From Moniliella sp. 'wahieum' (lineage: Eukaryota): a DNA stretch of 64,000 bases. The translations under genes were made by a program, and so were the position numbers. A model generated the notes under the pieces. That model had not been told where the DNA came from and made no database searches. It saw only the letters and a list, made by a program, of their open reading frames with translations. Shown one piece after another: positions 62,687 through 64,000 of this stretch; the stretch's first letter is position 1; every line of letters starts with the position of its first letter. The stretch covers positions 124,001-188,000 of the forward strand of contig RSEE01000084.1 in the NCBI GenBank assembly GCA_003971905.1, in the 5' to 3' direction.

Positions 62687-63030
62687 TTGCTTGAAGACTT
62701 GTGGCTCACCAGTTTGCCTTCCCGCCTTGTCGGAAGGCTGCTTTGCAGCTGTTGGTCCATAGTTCGCGAGTCCTCCCCACTGTTGCACCTCTCGCAAATA
62801 AGGACTCCTCAAGAACAGGTGTGCAATGAGAAGCTCAGCACGATTTTCATCTGGGTGTGCTAACCCTATATAGAAAAGAACCCTTTCGGTAGTGTAACTG
62901 TACCGCGCGGCGCTTATATATCCTCCAGCCTTCCATAACCCACTGCTTGTGATTGTCACCAGTTGCAAAGCAGCATAACCGGCATGATGCATAACCGTAC
63001 ACACCGCCCAGAAGATAGGGTGTGGGTCGA
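62687..63030 (+). mobile_element. Highly decayed relic related to the copia element
   Basis: TTGCTTGAAGACTTGTGGCTCACCAGTTTGCCTTC resembles the LTR segment TTGCTTGAAGGACTTGTGGCTAACTGCCCTGCCTTC. Downstream fragments TPQEQVCNEKLSTI, GMMHNRT and RVWVE echo integrase motifs in the right order. Confidence 0.4.
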
Positions 63031-64000
63031 GTGAAGCTGGCCGGATTGCATACTGGACAAGCCGTTGGATAAGGGACCATTGGTGACGATGAGGAGACGA
63101 CATGAACAGGTCTGTTGGTGGTGCCTGTGGTGAAGAGTTACAGGGCGAGAAGAAGCGGGTATAGCGTACAGTGTGGAGAGAGTGGGTGGCGCAAGAGTTG
63201 AAGGTTGGTCAGTCTGGAAGAATGCGTTCAATCGTGAAGCAGGGAGAACGGAGGAGGCTAGTCACGGGAGGAGGGCTGTGATGAAAACATCAACAGAAGC
63301 AGCAAACCAAAACGTAGGAGAACCGTTGAGCTTGCTATCGCGTGAACTCACTCGCAACCAGCGTATATGTTGTCATGCTAATTAAGCAAGCCCGGGGTTA
63401 AAGGAGCCAACATGGAATGGCACCCCCGAGTCGAAGGACACCGGGTCGAAGCTCACAGCACACACAGATGGAAGTTATTCCTCCATCGGTCCATGTTGAT
63501 CATGGTCACGATCTGCCTTGACGCTACATTGTGGGATCAAATACCTATGATCCAGCAGGGATCTGATGTATACGTACACAGTAGTTTTGGAGTAGGTTGA
63601 TGCGTCCTGTGGTCGCGATCAGGCAGGTAGTTTCATGAAGAGAGGTGGTTGCCTGGGGAACGCAGAGGGAAGAGAGGAATAATGAATATATGACTCTGTG
63701 TGGGGTCAGAGGAGAACAAAATGCGGTTCAAGCGAGCTGATGCTTTCACATACAGTCTCTCTTCAGGTTCAAGTCTCTTTCTCCTTGATACAGTCGAGCT
63801 TCTTCCCTGATTGTCAGGGTCACTAAATACTATAGTGAGGACAGTCAGCTCTAGATGTCCCCATCTCCCTCCTCTCCCAACAGCCTCAAAACTCAACCCT
63901 TTTCCGGCGTTACAGGTAGATCTCGATTTGGATATACCATTGAAGAAATCATAACAAGCAGATCAACCCCCACACTAACAAAAGGAGCTGGTATTGTTAC

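Overview
Eukaryotic, GC-rich, intron-poor fungal DNA. It looks basidiomycete-like: short GT-AG introns with CTRAC branch sites, a WC-1 without a GATA finger, and an ataxin-3 homolog. It carries about 14 protein genes: Zn2Cys6 transcription factor (runs off the left edge), S53 sedolisin peptidase, Josephin/ataxin-3, HMT1/ABCB6-type ABC transporter, PI-PLC X-domain protein, IML2/TTC39, AMP deaminase, White Collar-1-like LOV/PAS protein, WW-MyTH4-RhoGAP, GDT1, PEX3, HEM12, RKI1 and a BTB protein. There is also an intron-containing tRNA-Val(AAC), a very young full-length Ty1/copia element (29319-35665) and a TIR-bounded CACTA/CMC-like DNA transposon (11943-17051) with an inverted older partial copy beside it. 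Almost every gene, including essential ones, is broken by 1-bp frameshifts, most likely unpolished sequencing indels, so CDS boundaries are approximate. Most notable: the WC-1 LOV domain has Ala instead of the photoactive Cys (GKNARFLQ); the RhoGAP lacks its arginine finger; the copia element has an unexplained coding block ahead of gag; and intergenic DNA shows recurring TTCAA 7-mer arrays, palindrome-dense patches and poly-C tracts just before start codons.
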